DNA from: Camelus dromedarius
Taxonomy: Eukaryota
Direction of reading: 5' to 3'
Assembly: GCF_036321535.1 (NCBI RefSeq)
Contig: NC_087436.1
Coordinates: forward strand, 76,076,001-76,140,000
DNA: 64,000 nt
In this document: positions 13,620 through 24,668 of the stretch, one piece after another
How positions within the stretch are numbered: position 1 is the stretch's first letter
Layout of the letters: every line of letters starts with the position of its first letter
Program-made: the position numbers and the translations under genes
The notes under the pieces: generated by a model
What the model was told of the DNA's origin: nothing
Databases searched by the model: none
The model's input: the letters and a program-made list of their open reading frames with translations, nothing else

Positions 13620-14358
13620 GGGACATTCAGTGATGTATTACAATACAGTTCTGATGCTAACTTTGTGTAGTTAGCACTACAGGTTTAAGGGCATGATCCT
13701 ACCCTCCCTTCAGATGCCAGCTGAAAATTTGGGGGTCCCCAGGCCACCTGCACATCTGAACAACTGGTTACAAATCTGGGGCATTCCCACACCTCCTCCC
13801 TCAGATTCAATAATTTGCTAGAGTAACTCCCAGAACTCAAGAAAGAACTATACTTACCATTAAATTTTATTTTCAAGAATCTAAATCAGGACCAGCCAAA
13901 TGTAGAGACACATAGGGCTGGCTCTGGGAGGGTCCTGAATGCAGAATTTCCATGCTCTTTCCCCACGAGATCAGGGTGCATCAAACTCCTGCCACATCAA
14001 TGCATTCATCAACCAGAAAGGTCCCTCAAGCTTTGGTGCCCATAGATTTTATTGGAGGTTTCATTATGTAGGCATGGCTGATTGAACAACTGTCCATATA
14101 ACTGAACTCAATCTCCAGACCCCAGAATTTGGGAAGTCAGGCGTCTATCACACATCAAAGCCCCAATCCTCTAATAACATAGTCAGCCTTCATCCTCAAG
14201 CTACCTAGGGTCCTATCATGAGTCACTTAATTAGCATAAACTCAAATATGAGTCAAAAAGTGCCTGAATTACAAAGACACTCTTTTTTCTCAGGAAATTC
14301 CAAGGATTTAGAGTCTCCCTTCCAGGAACAAGGACAAATGCTGATCAGATTCTTGGTC
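13620..14358 (-). mobile_element. MER21-family LTR (solo)
   Basis: 'gggtccccaggccacctgcacatctga..tacaaatctgggg..ttcaataatttgctaga..cagaactca..cagccaaatg..tcaggaaattccaaggattta' resembles recalled MER21 consensus. Confidence 0.8.
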
Positions 14359-15021
14359 TAAAAAGTTAGTAGTTATTTCAATGATGTATGCACCATAAAC
14401 TAGTCATAAAGTCAGACCTTGGTTGTCTTGTGACTCCCCTCTCTTCTGATCTATTCTTTTCCTTTCCTAATCTGGTGGAGTATGAAATAATGTTCTAATG
14501 ATGGTAATTTTTTTTCTGGGAAACTATGTGAATCAGGATGGATTCTTATTTCTAGGCAAGGTCTAAAAGGATTGGGACTGAGAATAACATCTGATTTTAA
14601 TATATATTAAAAATACATCTCTTCTTGCTGGTCTTATGCTTCTCAATATTCACTGACTCCAAATGCATAATTGTGTGATTGTTACTGCAAATCGTAGCAA
14701 AATGGTCAGTGATCAGAGCGATCTCATTTGGCACCTGTTCTTAGGATGAGAGAGGTTTGGAAATAATAGGCCCATCATTTTCATTTTTAAAGTATATCAG
14801 AGGAACAGGCTGATGAAATCCAACAATTACCTGTAGTTTGGTCCCAGCGCCACCAGTGTGGCCTGTAGTATAGGATAACATTAAAAAATTTACTGACCAA
14901 TTTGATTGACTGTTGAGTTAGTTCTGATTGGCTCCCATGATCTGATTCATTTCACTAAATTTTTGTTGCCTCACGATTAGTTATTATTGTTCCTTTTTCA
15001 GAGAAACTTAAAAGAGGCAAC

Positions 15022-15245
15022 AGTTGGTGGGGGAGGGATAAATTAGGAATTTGGGATTAACAGATACACATTACTATATACAAAATAGATTAAAAAAAAA
15101 CAAGGACCTACTGTATAGCACAGGGAACTATATTCGATATCTAATAATAATCTATAATGGAAAATAATCTGAAAAGGAATATATATACATACATGCTGTG
15201 TACCTTGAGACATTGTAAGTCAGCTATACTTCAATAGAGAAAGAA
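15022..15245 (+). mobile_element. Cetartiodactyl-type L1 3' end
   Basis: 'gggagggataaattaggaatttgggattaacagatacac..caaggacctactgtatagcacagggaactatatt..ctatacttcaata'. Confidence 0.9.
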
Positions 15246-16393
15246 AGGGAACACTATAGGAATGTCTAAAAATCCTAATTTCTCATAGAATTTTTTAACC
15301 TTAATGGGACCAAATTAAGATTTAAAAATATGCAAAAAGCATTTTCTGTTTTTGAAAACCATTTCCTAACCACGTGTCTTCTCTTGGTGGTGGTTGAATG
15401 GTAATAATGTATGCCTTTATGGTGTGTGGAGTTCTTAGAAGTCTGACATGTGCCGCATGCTGAGGGTTATTCTTGGTGAAAATTCATCAGTCTTGATGTT
15501 AGTCACAGAGTGTGTTTAATGCACTGCTTATGAAAACCTTTTTTTAGACTGGACAACAAATAGTAGGCATCTATTACCCATCTAGAGCTTGTTAGGAGAA
15601 TTGAGGGCAGAGAGAGAGAGGCTATATACTGGAATGATGTATTTGTTGCCAGGAAGCAGCTATTGTTTAGAATCATGGTTTATTTTGGCCAAGAAATTTC
15701 AATAAATCTCAAGGAGAAAAAGAGCATAGAGAAAATACACAGTTATCTTAAGTTTTGAGAACTGACTGATTCTTAAGATTCACTTTCGGTTGTGGGAAAG
15801 AAATTAACATTCAGGTTGGAAAACGAGACTAAATATAACAATTTAGGGGGGAGTAGAGACCTGCATTTATTTTGTGTTTGGTGGCTATATTACTCAACAC
15901 TGTGAGCATATTTTTTTGTATGAAAATGAATGTTTCTTTTGTGGGAGGGTGCCATTTTATGTGGTGTTGAAATTACTCCCCTACACACTGTATTTTATCT
16001 CGGGAAGTGATTGGTGTCAAAAGTATTGCTTGTATTAAGATATATGTGCAGAGTGGAGGTTGTTCAGTAATATATAGTGCCCTGATGGTTTATGTTGATG
16101 GTGCACTGGCACAATTTACATCTGCCATTCTTTTTTACCTTGAACTATAAGGTGCAATCACTTCTAGATTTATATTTGTAAGACTTTTAACTATTTAACG
16201 AGTTATTTTCAACCAATTCACACATATTTATCATATTCTATTTCTGTCTGAGTTGAAAATCAATGTAAAACATTGCTTGTGAGAATGTTGAATGAGTAAG
16301 AAGCTCTTTGACAAGCAGCATTGATGATGCCAGTTGTAACAAAAACAATTACTATTATTTTTAACAGCTTCCATGTACACGGTGCCCTTTTGA

Positions 16394-16600
16394 AGCAGGC
16401 TGGTGTAGTGATTTAGCACTGACCCTCTGGAGTCAGACTGCCCAGGTTTGAATCTAAGATCTGCTAGGTGTGTGACCTTGGCCAAGTTGTTTAACGCTTT
16501 TGTGCCTCAGTTTCCTAAATTTTTTAATGGAGAAAAGAATAAAAGGATTGTTTTGAGGATTACATAAGATAATATACAGAAAATTCATGGAATAGTAAAC
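16394..16600 (+). mobile_element. MIR SINE
   Basis: 'ctctggagtcagactgcccaggtttgaatc..tgtgtgaccttggccaagtt..gtgcctcagtttcct'. Confidence 0.9.
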
Positions 16601-16614
16601 TCTTACTTTACATG

Positions 16615-16800
16615 ATGCTTTACAGTATCTCTAGTCTTTACAACAACTCTGACAAGTTATCTTCCTTTGCAGATTATACATATGAAACTGAGTGAGACTC
16701 AGAGAACTTAAATGACTTGCCTTGAGCGCAGATTAGGGATTGAAATGTTAGGTGTGTGGTTTCCATTCTCTGGTTCACCTCACTAAATTTTGTTGCCTCA
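16615..16800 (-). mobile_element. MIR SINE
   Basis: 'tgaaactgag..agagaacttaaatgacttgccttgag..gggattgaaat'. Confidence 0.65.
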
Positions 16801-17504
16801 GAATTCAAGCTATCATTCTTCCTTTTTTTAGTGGAAACTTCTAAAAAGGGAATGCTGCAGGAATATCTACGTCCTAATTTTTCATACAATATTTTAAAAT
16901 TTTAATCGAACCAACTATCATATAGTGTGCAGAACGAAACCACTATCCAAGCTGCAGGTACGTGTTTTGAGGGATGGAGGGTTAGTATTATCACTGAGTC
17001 ATAAGTATACAATTTATGCAGTGGGTTAAATTGGAATTTTTTTTTAATTTTGAGAACTTTGGAGGAATTTTTTAAGCATGGATGTTGCATTCAAACACAC
17101 ACACTCTACAGCCAGTTTTAATTACATGAACACTGATTATCTGATCCGAGTGCTACCCCAGTGAATCTTACTTTAAATTCTCATTAATATAAATACCTAT
17201 TTTGCTTAATTAAGTAATTTATGAAGATTATGAAAAAAGTATCAATCTATTTTTAACTGTTGTTAAAATTATCTTTATTACAAAAATTTAACGTATAATA
17301 GTATTGCAGAATATTTGGAAGACAGAGGAAGAAATCATTTATAAGCCAACAACCCTAATACAGTTAGTAAATACAATTGTCTTTTAAATTTTTTTTAGCA
17401 TTTTCTTATGCAAATCTACTTAATGGAGTTAAAATGACAATGTGCACAATTTGTTCCCTATTTTTATAGTTATGAAAAGCATTTTATAAACTACTACATT
17501 GCCT

Positions 17505-17872
17505 TTTTTTAAAAACCTGAGGTGTAGGTAATTGACAATATTATATTAGTTTCAGATGTACAACATAGTGATTCAAAATTTTTATCGATTAGACTCCATT
17601 TAAAGTTATTATGAAATATTGGCTATTTTCCCTGTGTTGTACAATATATCCTTGTAACTTATTTGTTTTATACATAGTAGTTTGTACCTCTTAATCCTCT
17701 ACTTACATCTTACCTCACCCCTCTCCCCACTGGTTACCACTAGTTTGTTCTCTACATCTGTGCATTTGGTTTTGTTGTTGTTGTTAATTTCACTAGTTTG
17801 TTTTATTTTTTTAGATTCCACGTATAAGTGCTAATATTATTTGTCTTTCTCTGTCTGACATATTACACTCAG
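17505..17872 (-). mobile_element. Cetartiodactyl-type L1 3' end
   Basis: 'attatattagtttcagatgtacaacatagtgattca..ttggctattttccctgtgttgtacaatatatccttg..agattccacgtataagtg'. Confidence 0.85.
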
Positions 17873-18379
17873 TTTCTCTCTTTTAAGCTATTCCTCATAC
17901 TCTCAAGATGCTTAGTGAAAAAGCCATTGGAATATAAATGCTGTTCCTTACAGCCTTGTACCTCTCTTGCCATCTAGTTGAGCACTGTGTGTATTGTAGA
18001 GGGTTAGTAGTTTGTTGAATGTTTCTGTCAAGATTACCTCTGTATCTAAAATACCCCTGTTGTGGTAGTGGGGGCAGAAACCCAATGGGATTAAAAGAAT
18101 TGGGTATAAAAAAGGAAGCTTACGTTTGTGTCTAGAGAGCCAGGTCAACGTTTAACCTTATCATGTGTATTTCTCAGTTTGGTGATGGTCTCCTGCTCAC
18201 CCAGCACATGAGCCAGTGTCCTGGGAATTATCCCTGACTCGTCCCTATTCCCACACCCTTTTAGTGATTGAGTCTAATCCTTTAACTCTTAAACTGTTCT
18301 CCCATTTGTTCTTTTTCCTCATTCCCATTGCTTTTTCAATTTTTACACATTTGGAACCACAATGATTTTTCTGTTTTTG

Positions 18380-19560
18380 TGGATAAGAATTTATTCATAT
18401 TATTGAATATCCTTCAAAACATAATTTTTTGTGTCTGTGTGCTGCTCTTTTATATGGTTCTACCCAACTAATTTTTTTCTTTTATTTTTGTTTAGATTAT
18501 TTCTCATATTTTGGTTTTTATCAACAACATTTCTACACAGATTCTTATTTAGAAACATATCTGGCCATTTCCTTGGGCTAGATTTCTAGAAATACAATTC
18601 CTGAACACAAGTTCTCGAAATATTTTAAAGGCTCTAGAAACATAATAGTCTGTTTCTTTTCAGAAAGATTACCAATTTATTTTCCTATCAGTAATGTGAT
18701 AGAATCTGTCCCATTAGAGCATTGATTATTATTATCTGAAACAATTTTGTCAGTTCAATAGATAGAAATGGTATGATTTTATTTCATTTGGTGATTTTAA
18801 ATGCTAATGAGGTAGAACATGTTTTTACATGTATGTGACTTGCGTCTCTAATTTTTGTAGTGTGTGATGTTTGAGTAGACATTTTACATTTTAATGTGGT
18901 AAAATCTATTTTTCCATCATGTTTTTTTCACTGGCTTTATACTGATAAAATACTTCCATAAGTTAAATATTTATCTCTATTTTCTTCCTGTTTAGAACAT
19001 TTGAAAAATCATTTCACTTTTAAATTCATCTGAAATACATTTTGTTGTGCTTTGTACAATGAATATCCAATTTAATTTTTTCAAATATATAATAATTTTT
19101 TTCTCTGATTATTTATTGTTTCCTTTACTATATATGTCACAGTCTGTTTCATGGCCAATTAATTAGTTCCATGATATGTCCACTGATTTTTTATACAGGT
19201 TCTTGATTTGTTTTAAATACTGAAGTTTTAAATGACATTTTGATATTTTATGAAGTGAGTGCCCCTTCATTGTTTTTATTTTTCAAAATGCCTTTTGTGT
19301 TTGTGTAGTCTGCTCATCCAGAGGAATTTTAGAACAGTTTTATTATGTTTTTTATTTCAAAATATCCTGCTGGAAGTAACTCACAGATTTAAAGTATTTT
19401 GTGTCTCTTCATTTAGTTAGATCTTATTTCACATTTTTAGTAAAGTTGTCTAGTTTTAGTCATATAAGTCCCATACATTTTTGTCATAGTTATTTGTAAG
19501 CAATTTGTATTCTTGATTACAGATCTGAATGGGATTTTTTTCCTGTGATATCTTCCAGTA
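18380..19560 (-). mobile_element. Very old L1M (L1ME-like) fragments
   Basis: T-rich degraded L1 antisense motifs ('atttccttgggctagatttctagaaat', 'taatgaggtagaacatgttttt', 'gaatgggatttttttcc'). Confidence 0.6.
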
Positions 19561-19619
19561 ATCTTCCAGCTTGCTTTACTGGTATGCATCTTTTAAATAG
19601 TTTTCCCATAGTTGTTTTT

Positions 19620-19693
19620 CCTTTCTTTTTTTTTTTTTTATTTTTATTGGAGTATGGTCAGCTTACAATGTTGTGTCAGTTTCTCGTGTACAG
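19620..19693 (-). mobile_element. ~75 bp young L1 3' terminus with TSD
   Basis: Poly-T then 'tttattggagtatggtcagcttacaatgttgtgtcagtttctcgtgtacag'; cat[a/g]gttgttttt at 19607-19619 and 19694-19706. Confidence 0.75.
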
Positions 19694-19734
19694 CATGGTT
19701 GTTTTTAATAGTTCCCACTGTCAATTTTGGCACC

Positions 19735-19995
19735 AGAGGGAGCTGTGGTGTAGTGGAAAGAGACCTCGTCAGTGAGACGGCTTGACTCTGAGTCCTGGCT
19801 CTGTAAATTATTTCCCCTGTAGCCTTGGCCAAATCATCTATAAAATGGGAAAATTCCTCCCACCTCTCACAGGGTGTTGGGAAAATTTGTTCAGAAGCAT
19901 TAATGTACATGAGCCACTTGGCAAATGATCTGGAGGGACTGAGACTGGGAACTCTTGGGGGCAAGTAGGCACTCACATTATAATGTAGGCAGCTG
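19735..19995 (+). mobile_element. MIR SINE
   Basis: 'gtggtgtagtggaaagag..gagtcctggctctg..ccttggccaa..catctataaaatggg..acctctcacagggtgttg'. Confidence 0.8.
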
Positions 19996-20159
19996 ATTAC
20001 CTAGGAGTGGGGCAGCACTTAAGGGGAAAATATGGTCTTATCTCAATAAGAAAAAAAAAAATCAATATCAATATTTCTAGGATTTGATATTAAAGTCAGC
20101 TTCTGATTTTTTATGCATTATAAATATCACATGAATTGAGAAGGGTAGATTATCAAAAT

Positions 20160-20330
20160 GGCAGCATAGTATTGTGGAACAACTAGTGATACAGAAACCA
20201 GGGAACATGGGTTCTAGTCCCCACTGTGCCACTTTGTCAGATGATCCTGAGTGGTTCAATCTCTCAGGACCTAAGTCTGCTAATATGTAAAACAGAGATT
20301 CAAGTGTGGCTCAAGACCCTCCAGACAAAG
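20160..20330 (+). mobile_element. MIR/MIR3 SINE
   Basis: 'ggcagcatagtattgtggaac..atgggttctagtccccactgtgccact..aatctctcaggacctaagt'. Confidence 0.65.
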
Positions 20331-21564
20331 ATTGTTCCTGCAAATGAAATTTAGGGTTCTAGGTGGAATGCCTGATTTATTCTGCATGTGCTTGATGTTC
20401 TATAGAGGGGGTTCCAGTGGCTTGGGTAGATATATGACACCTGATTTAGGTGGTTTCCTGCACTCTCTAAAGTTAGATAGATCAAAAACCATGGATCCTC
20501 CAGAAAAGCAGGAAAGACTTTTTTAATAACAATGGTAAAAATGCTGCAATTTTTAAAAAAAAATTCAAATATATTTTTTTTAAAAATCCGCAAACTATTC
20601 ATGTCCTTTTTTTAGACTATTAAATTGTTGACAGACTCTTAACTAGAGCCTTGGGAGGAACAATGCTGTAACCCAATCAATAACATCCAAGAATCCAGGA
20701 TCATGTTGGATATTATCACTCATTACCATTGTAAGAAAAGGATGATTAAACTAATAGTTACTGAGAGACATTTCTGGTGACAGGAGGCAATGATGAAAAT
20801 AAACTGACTTCAATATACATTTAGAATCGGGAATAATGAGACGTGGCAGGAAGCCAATAAATGAACATGGCCCTCCGCTCTGATCAATGAATTACTTTCC
20901 CCTCTCTCCCTCCTCTTGAGAGCAACACACGAACCTTAATGAAAAATCAATAGCCCTCTGTAATTCAAAACTGGAATCAATCGTTTGACCTGACTTTTCT
21001 TTTTTTCTTTTTTTACCTTCCTAAGAGAATCAACCTAAGACAGAGTTCAGTTGTAAAGAGCAGTTCTTCAAAAAGCCTACAGAAGAAACCTGACATCAGT
21101 CCACAGCAGTTTATGCCTGCCACAGACAGGGCTTTCCTTCCTTGGCATCGCAAGAAGTGCTGGGACTTCAGATTTACTTTCCCTGTTGGTTCTTCCTTTT
21201 AATCCCTATCTTTAAAATTGTATGCAACCATCATTAGTTTTGTTTTCTTAATGGTTTTAATGCTCTGAATGCTGCCAAAGTTTACAACATAGGCTTATAG
21301 CTCAGGATGCTGTCATTGGACCCATCTGGGATCAAATGGGAACCAATTTTTCCAGCAGCCCTCTGTGAATACCTTCTCCAGCATCCATTAGCTGTTAAGT
21401 CTGGGCTCAAAACAAGTCAGGGCCCAGGTACCCTTGCTCTAAAAGCAATTAGTACAGGCTGAAAGGAAATTGGGATGTAGATTTTAAATTGTGTTTTCTG
21501 CTTTTCACTTCAAATTGATCATAATACAGGACAGAGTTTCTGAGGGTCTCTCTTAGTCCATATG

Positions 21565-21757
21565 CAGTGATATGCTGGTAAATCTTCAAGAGCTGGCCAC
21601 TCCTCTTGGGAACAGCCCTTCATTGTAGGGTGTGCTAATTTCTTTGGTGTAAATACCCACACCATGGCTGATTGCAAGCCACGAATGTGACTGTCACTGA
21701 ACATGGGGTTGGGAGGAGACATGCACAAAGGTGTGAGCTGGTCCCAGGACAGTGCTG
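21565..21757 (+). mobile_element. MER63-like hAT (Blackjack) DNA transposon MITE
   Basis: Starts 'cagtgatatgctggtaaat', internal 'tggtgtaaatacccacaccatggctgattgcaagc..gtcactgaac', ends in degenerate TIR 'ccaggacagtgctg'. Confidence 0.75.
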
Positions 21758-21929
21758 TGACTATATGGCACCTTTGCACAAATTAGAACACAGCAGCCAC
21801 TCTGGGCAGATGTAGCATGGCTTAGTGAGCGGTCTGGGGGTTGGAATTCGTCCTCACGTCTCCTCTCGGCCAAGCATGGAAGTGCAGTGTGTGCAGTGTA
21901 TTAACTTGCACGGCCAAGCATGAGCTCTG

Positions 21930-22105
21930 GGAGTTCTCACCTTGGGGGTCCGTAAACTCTGAGGGCCTGTGGATGGGCTCCTTCCTATACAGTCAGGGGT
22001 GTGTGTGTGTGTGTTTGTGTGTGTGTGTTCATCTTTATCTAGGGAAAGGATCCATAGCTTTCATCAGATTTTCAAGAGTTCCTAATTCAAAAAGTTAAAT
22101 CCTTA
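21930..22105. mobile_element. hAT-Charlie-type MITE with internal (TG)n
   Basis: 'gttctcaccttgggggtccgt..gatccatagctttcatcagattttcaag..aaaaagttaa'; reverse-orientation relative of the element at ~30050. Confidence 0.55.
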
Positions 22106-23069
22106 AAAAAATTCTAATTGCACTGATAGAAATCTGGGGGTTTTGGAACTACTTTTAAATGCGACTTCTAAGGATATGGAGCCGCAAGATCTTGTAAGAG
22201 TCCTGACTTTGCAGCTTTCTAGGAAGAATGACAGAATAATTTTGCAGCTGGAGGCAAAAATAGAATTTTGATTGGTCTAGGTATTTTGAATACCTCATAG
22301 ATTTATGCAATATTAACATTCTGCATAATGATGCAGTCAGAAGGCAACAGGATTTGGTTTTCCTGCATTCATCACATGCCAATCTCAACAATAGATGTTA
22401 AGAAAATAGAGGAGTATTCATCTCTTTCTGTCCTTTGTTAGTGGCACAGAGCACTTCAAGAATTACTGAATCACTGATTCCTTTTCTCTTGCCCTGGGGC
22501 TGGACTTACACCCAATTTATGGTCATTTTACTCAGGCTCATCCTGCACAGTTTCCAGTGTTTGGAGAATGTTTCTCATGGCAGCATCTAATATCTATGGC
22601 TGCTGTTTGAGGGCGAGGAGTGATTAAGGGAAAACACTGACCTCCTCCATTTCAGTGGTTGAGGCTGTGTAATCCAGTTACAGCCTAAGATTATGGCATA
22701 TATAAAGGTTAAAAAAAATGTGTCCTGGTTTCACATTTTCATTTAATCATTCAATGATGAAGCTGCTAGAGCAGGTCCCTTTACCATTATTTTGTAGGGA
22801 TTCAGAGGGTTTAAGAACATGCCCACGGAAACTGAAAATTAGAAGCAGAATCAGGTCCAAAATCCAACTCTTCAAATTTTGTCTCTTGCTCTTTGCACCA
22901 CTCCTGTTGTCACATCGTTGTCATTACTCCTGCTTGTTCCAAGAGTTGAAGGTTCAAGCATTCAAGTGGACCTGTCCAGCCGAGGGTGTGCTGAAGGTAA
23001 ACTTCAGGACTGGTGGTTGGACTGCTGGTTAGTATTCCTGATGACATTTCTTAAGGGAGCGTCTATTAT

Positions 23070-23260
23070 GAGTAAGAACTTTGGAGAAACACAAACCTGA
23101 GGTGGAATCCTGGCTCTGCCTTTCACTGGTCTTCCGTAAAATAGGGGCAGTAGAACTTGGCTCAAGATTGTTGTGAGGATTAATTACACACAGCGCCTAT
23201 TCCATGCTTGAAAGGCACATAATAAACATTCACTAAATGGTAACTGTATTAATTGTTAAT
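23070..23260 (+). mobile_element. MIR SINE
   Basis: 'actttggag..gaatcctggctctgcc..gtaaaataggg..gattgttgtgaggattaa..cactaaatggtaactgtatt'. Confidence 0.75.
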
Positions 23261-24304
23261 ACTCTCCTCAACATTCTGATTCGTTTACCACAGAAAATCA
23301 CTATCTAGAAGTTCAAGGTCTTCATTTGAGTTTTATTTGCAAATGCCTGCACTAAGATATATATAAAAGGTTCTAAATGGGGTCACATGGCCTATCAAGC
23401 CTTTGTTTCTAGTCTTTGAATACTGGAGGAGGCTACCCAAAGGGGGCTAATGTATCAAAGAAAAAAATTAAGGAAAGAAAAAAAAAATAGAACAAACCCT
23501 CATCTCCTTCAAACCACAAAACTCTCAGGCATCTATGCTAAGATGTTTGACGGTCTTCATTTCCAGCTCCACCTAAGTCCAAAAAACAGACTGGCATTTC
23601 TGCTCATTTTTGTGGGCTACCCCTCCAAGCATTCACCAAGTGCCATATCATTACAGGATATTTCTGTTCCCAGTTAGTATGTCCACATTATCACTGAGTT
23701 ACAAGCACTTTCTCTTGTCACAAACATCCTGCTGCTACCATCAGTGAAAATCTATTCTTCTTATCTTCTATGTTTTTCCCATGAATGTGTGGAAGGTTTC
23801 TCCTCTGCTGGACAGATCCCTTCTGCTTCTGTGCCCCTGCTTCTGTTGTATCATCTGTTTGCTCAATGTCTGGGCTGCTGGCAAGAAAGCAGGCTCCATT
23901 CGCTGGCATGAAGCTAAGCCCACCCCACTGTTGCCAAGTGACCATGCATCACTACGCTTGTATTTTAGGTTTCCGGATGTCTTATCCCTTGACATCTTAA
24001 GTCCAAGCGGGGAGGAGCAGTATTTGAAATGTTCGGGATGCTGGGGCAGATGGATGCATTCCTGGAAGGGAGGCCCTAGGCGCTGGCACAGACAGACCGA
24101 ATCTGCAGTCTTTTCTCCTCCACCAAGGTCATTGCGGGAGTTCAATTGGCATCAACCGCCCCCTTTGCGCTTTCCTTCCAAAAAAACCTGTTCCAGTTAT
24201 CAAATAGACTTCCTTTAATTCCTCCAGATAATTTTTTCAGATTTTCCCATTGCTTTATAAAAGCAGACTTAACCCTCCTGTTTTTTTTAATGAGTGTTTT
24301 AAAG

Positions 24305-24415
24305 CTTTCTTATTCCTCTCCCTCTTTTCCCCTTCCTTCCTTCCCTTCTCTCTCTCTTTCTCTTCTTTCCTTCCTCTTCCCTACTTCCTTCTTTCTTTCT
24401 CTTTCCCTCTCTCTG
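24305..24415. repeat. CT-rich polypyrimidine low-complexity tract
   Basis: ~110 bp nearly all C/T. Confidence 0.9.
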
Positions 24416-24434
24416 TAGGGTTATCTTTATTTGT

Positions 24435-24668
24435 AAATTTTAGTTTAAGACTATGGACTTTGGAGCCAGACCACCTGGTTTTGAATTCCAGCTCTGCCAC
24501 TTATCAGCTGTATGTTGTAGGGCAAGTTATTTAACCTCTCTGTGACTCAGTTTACTCATCAGTAAAATCTGGATAATAATACAACTTAATTTATAGGGTA
24601 TTCTGATTAAGTGAGTTAATATATGCATGACTGTCACATAGTGAGTCAGAAGTGTTGACTATTACTCA
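24435..24668 (+). mobile_element. MIR SINE
   Basis: 'ggactttggagccagacc..ttgaattccagctctgccactta..gggcaagttatttaacctctctgtg.ctcagttt'. Confidence 0.9.

Noticed and set aside
14844..14862. CTCF-like motif (minus strand GGTGGCGCTG)
   Set aside because: The 5' half mismatches the conserved CCAC positions.
23718..24218. Longest ORF (145 aa) with overlapping antisense ORFs
   Set aside because: No recognisable domain or convincing splice sites; compatible with chance in locally GC-richer DNA.
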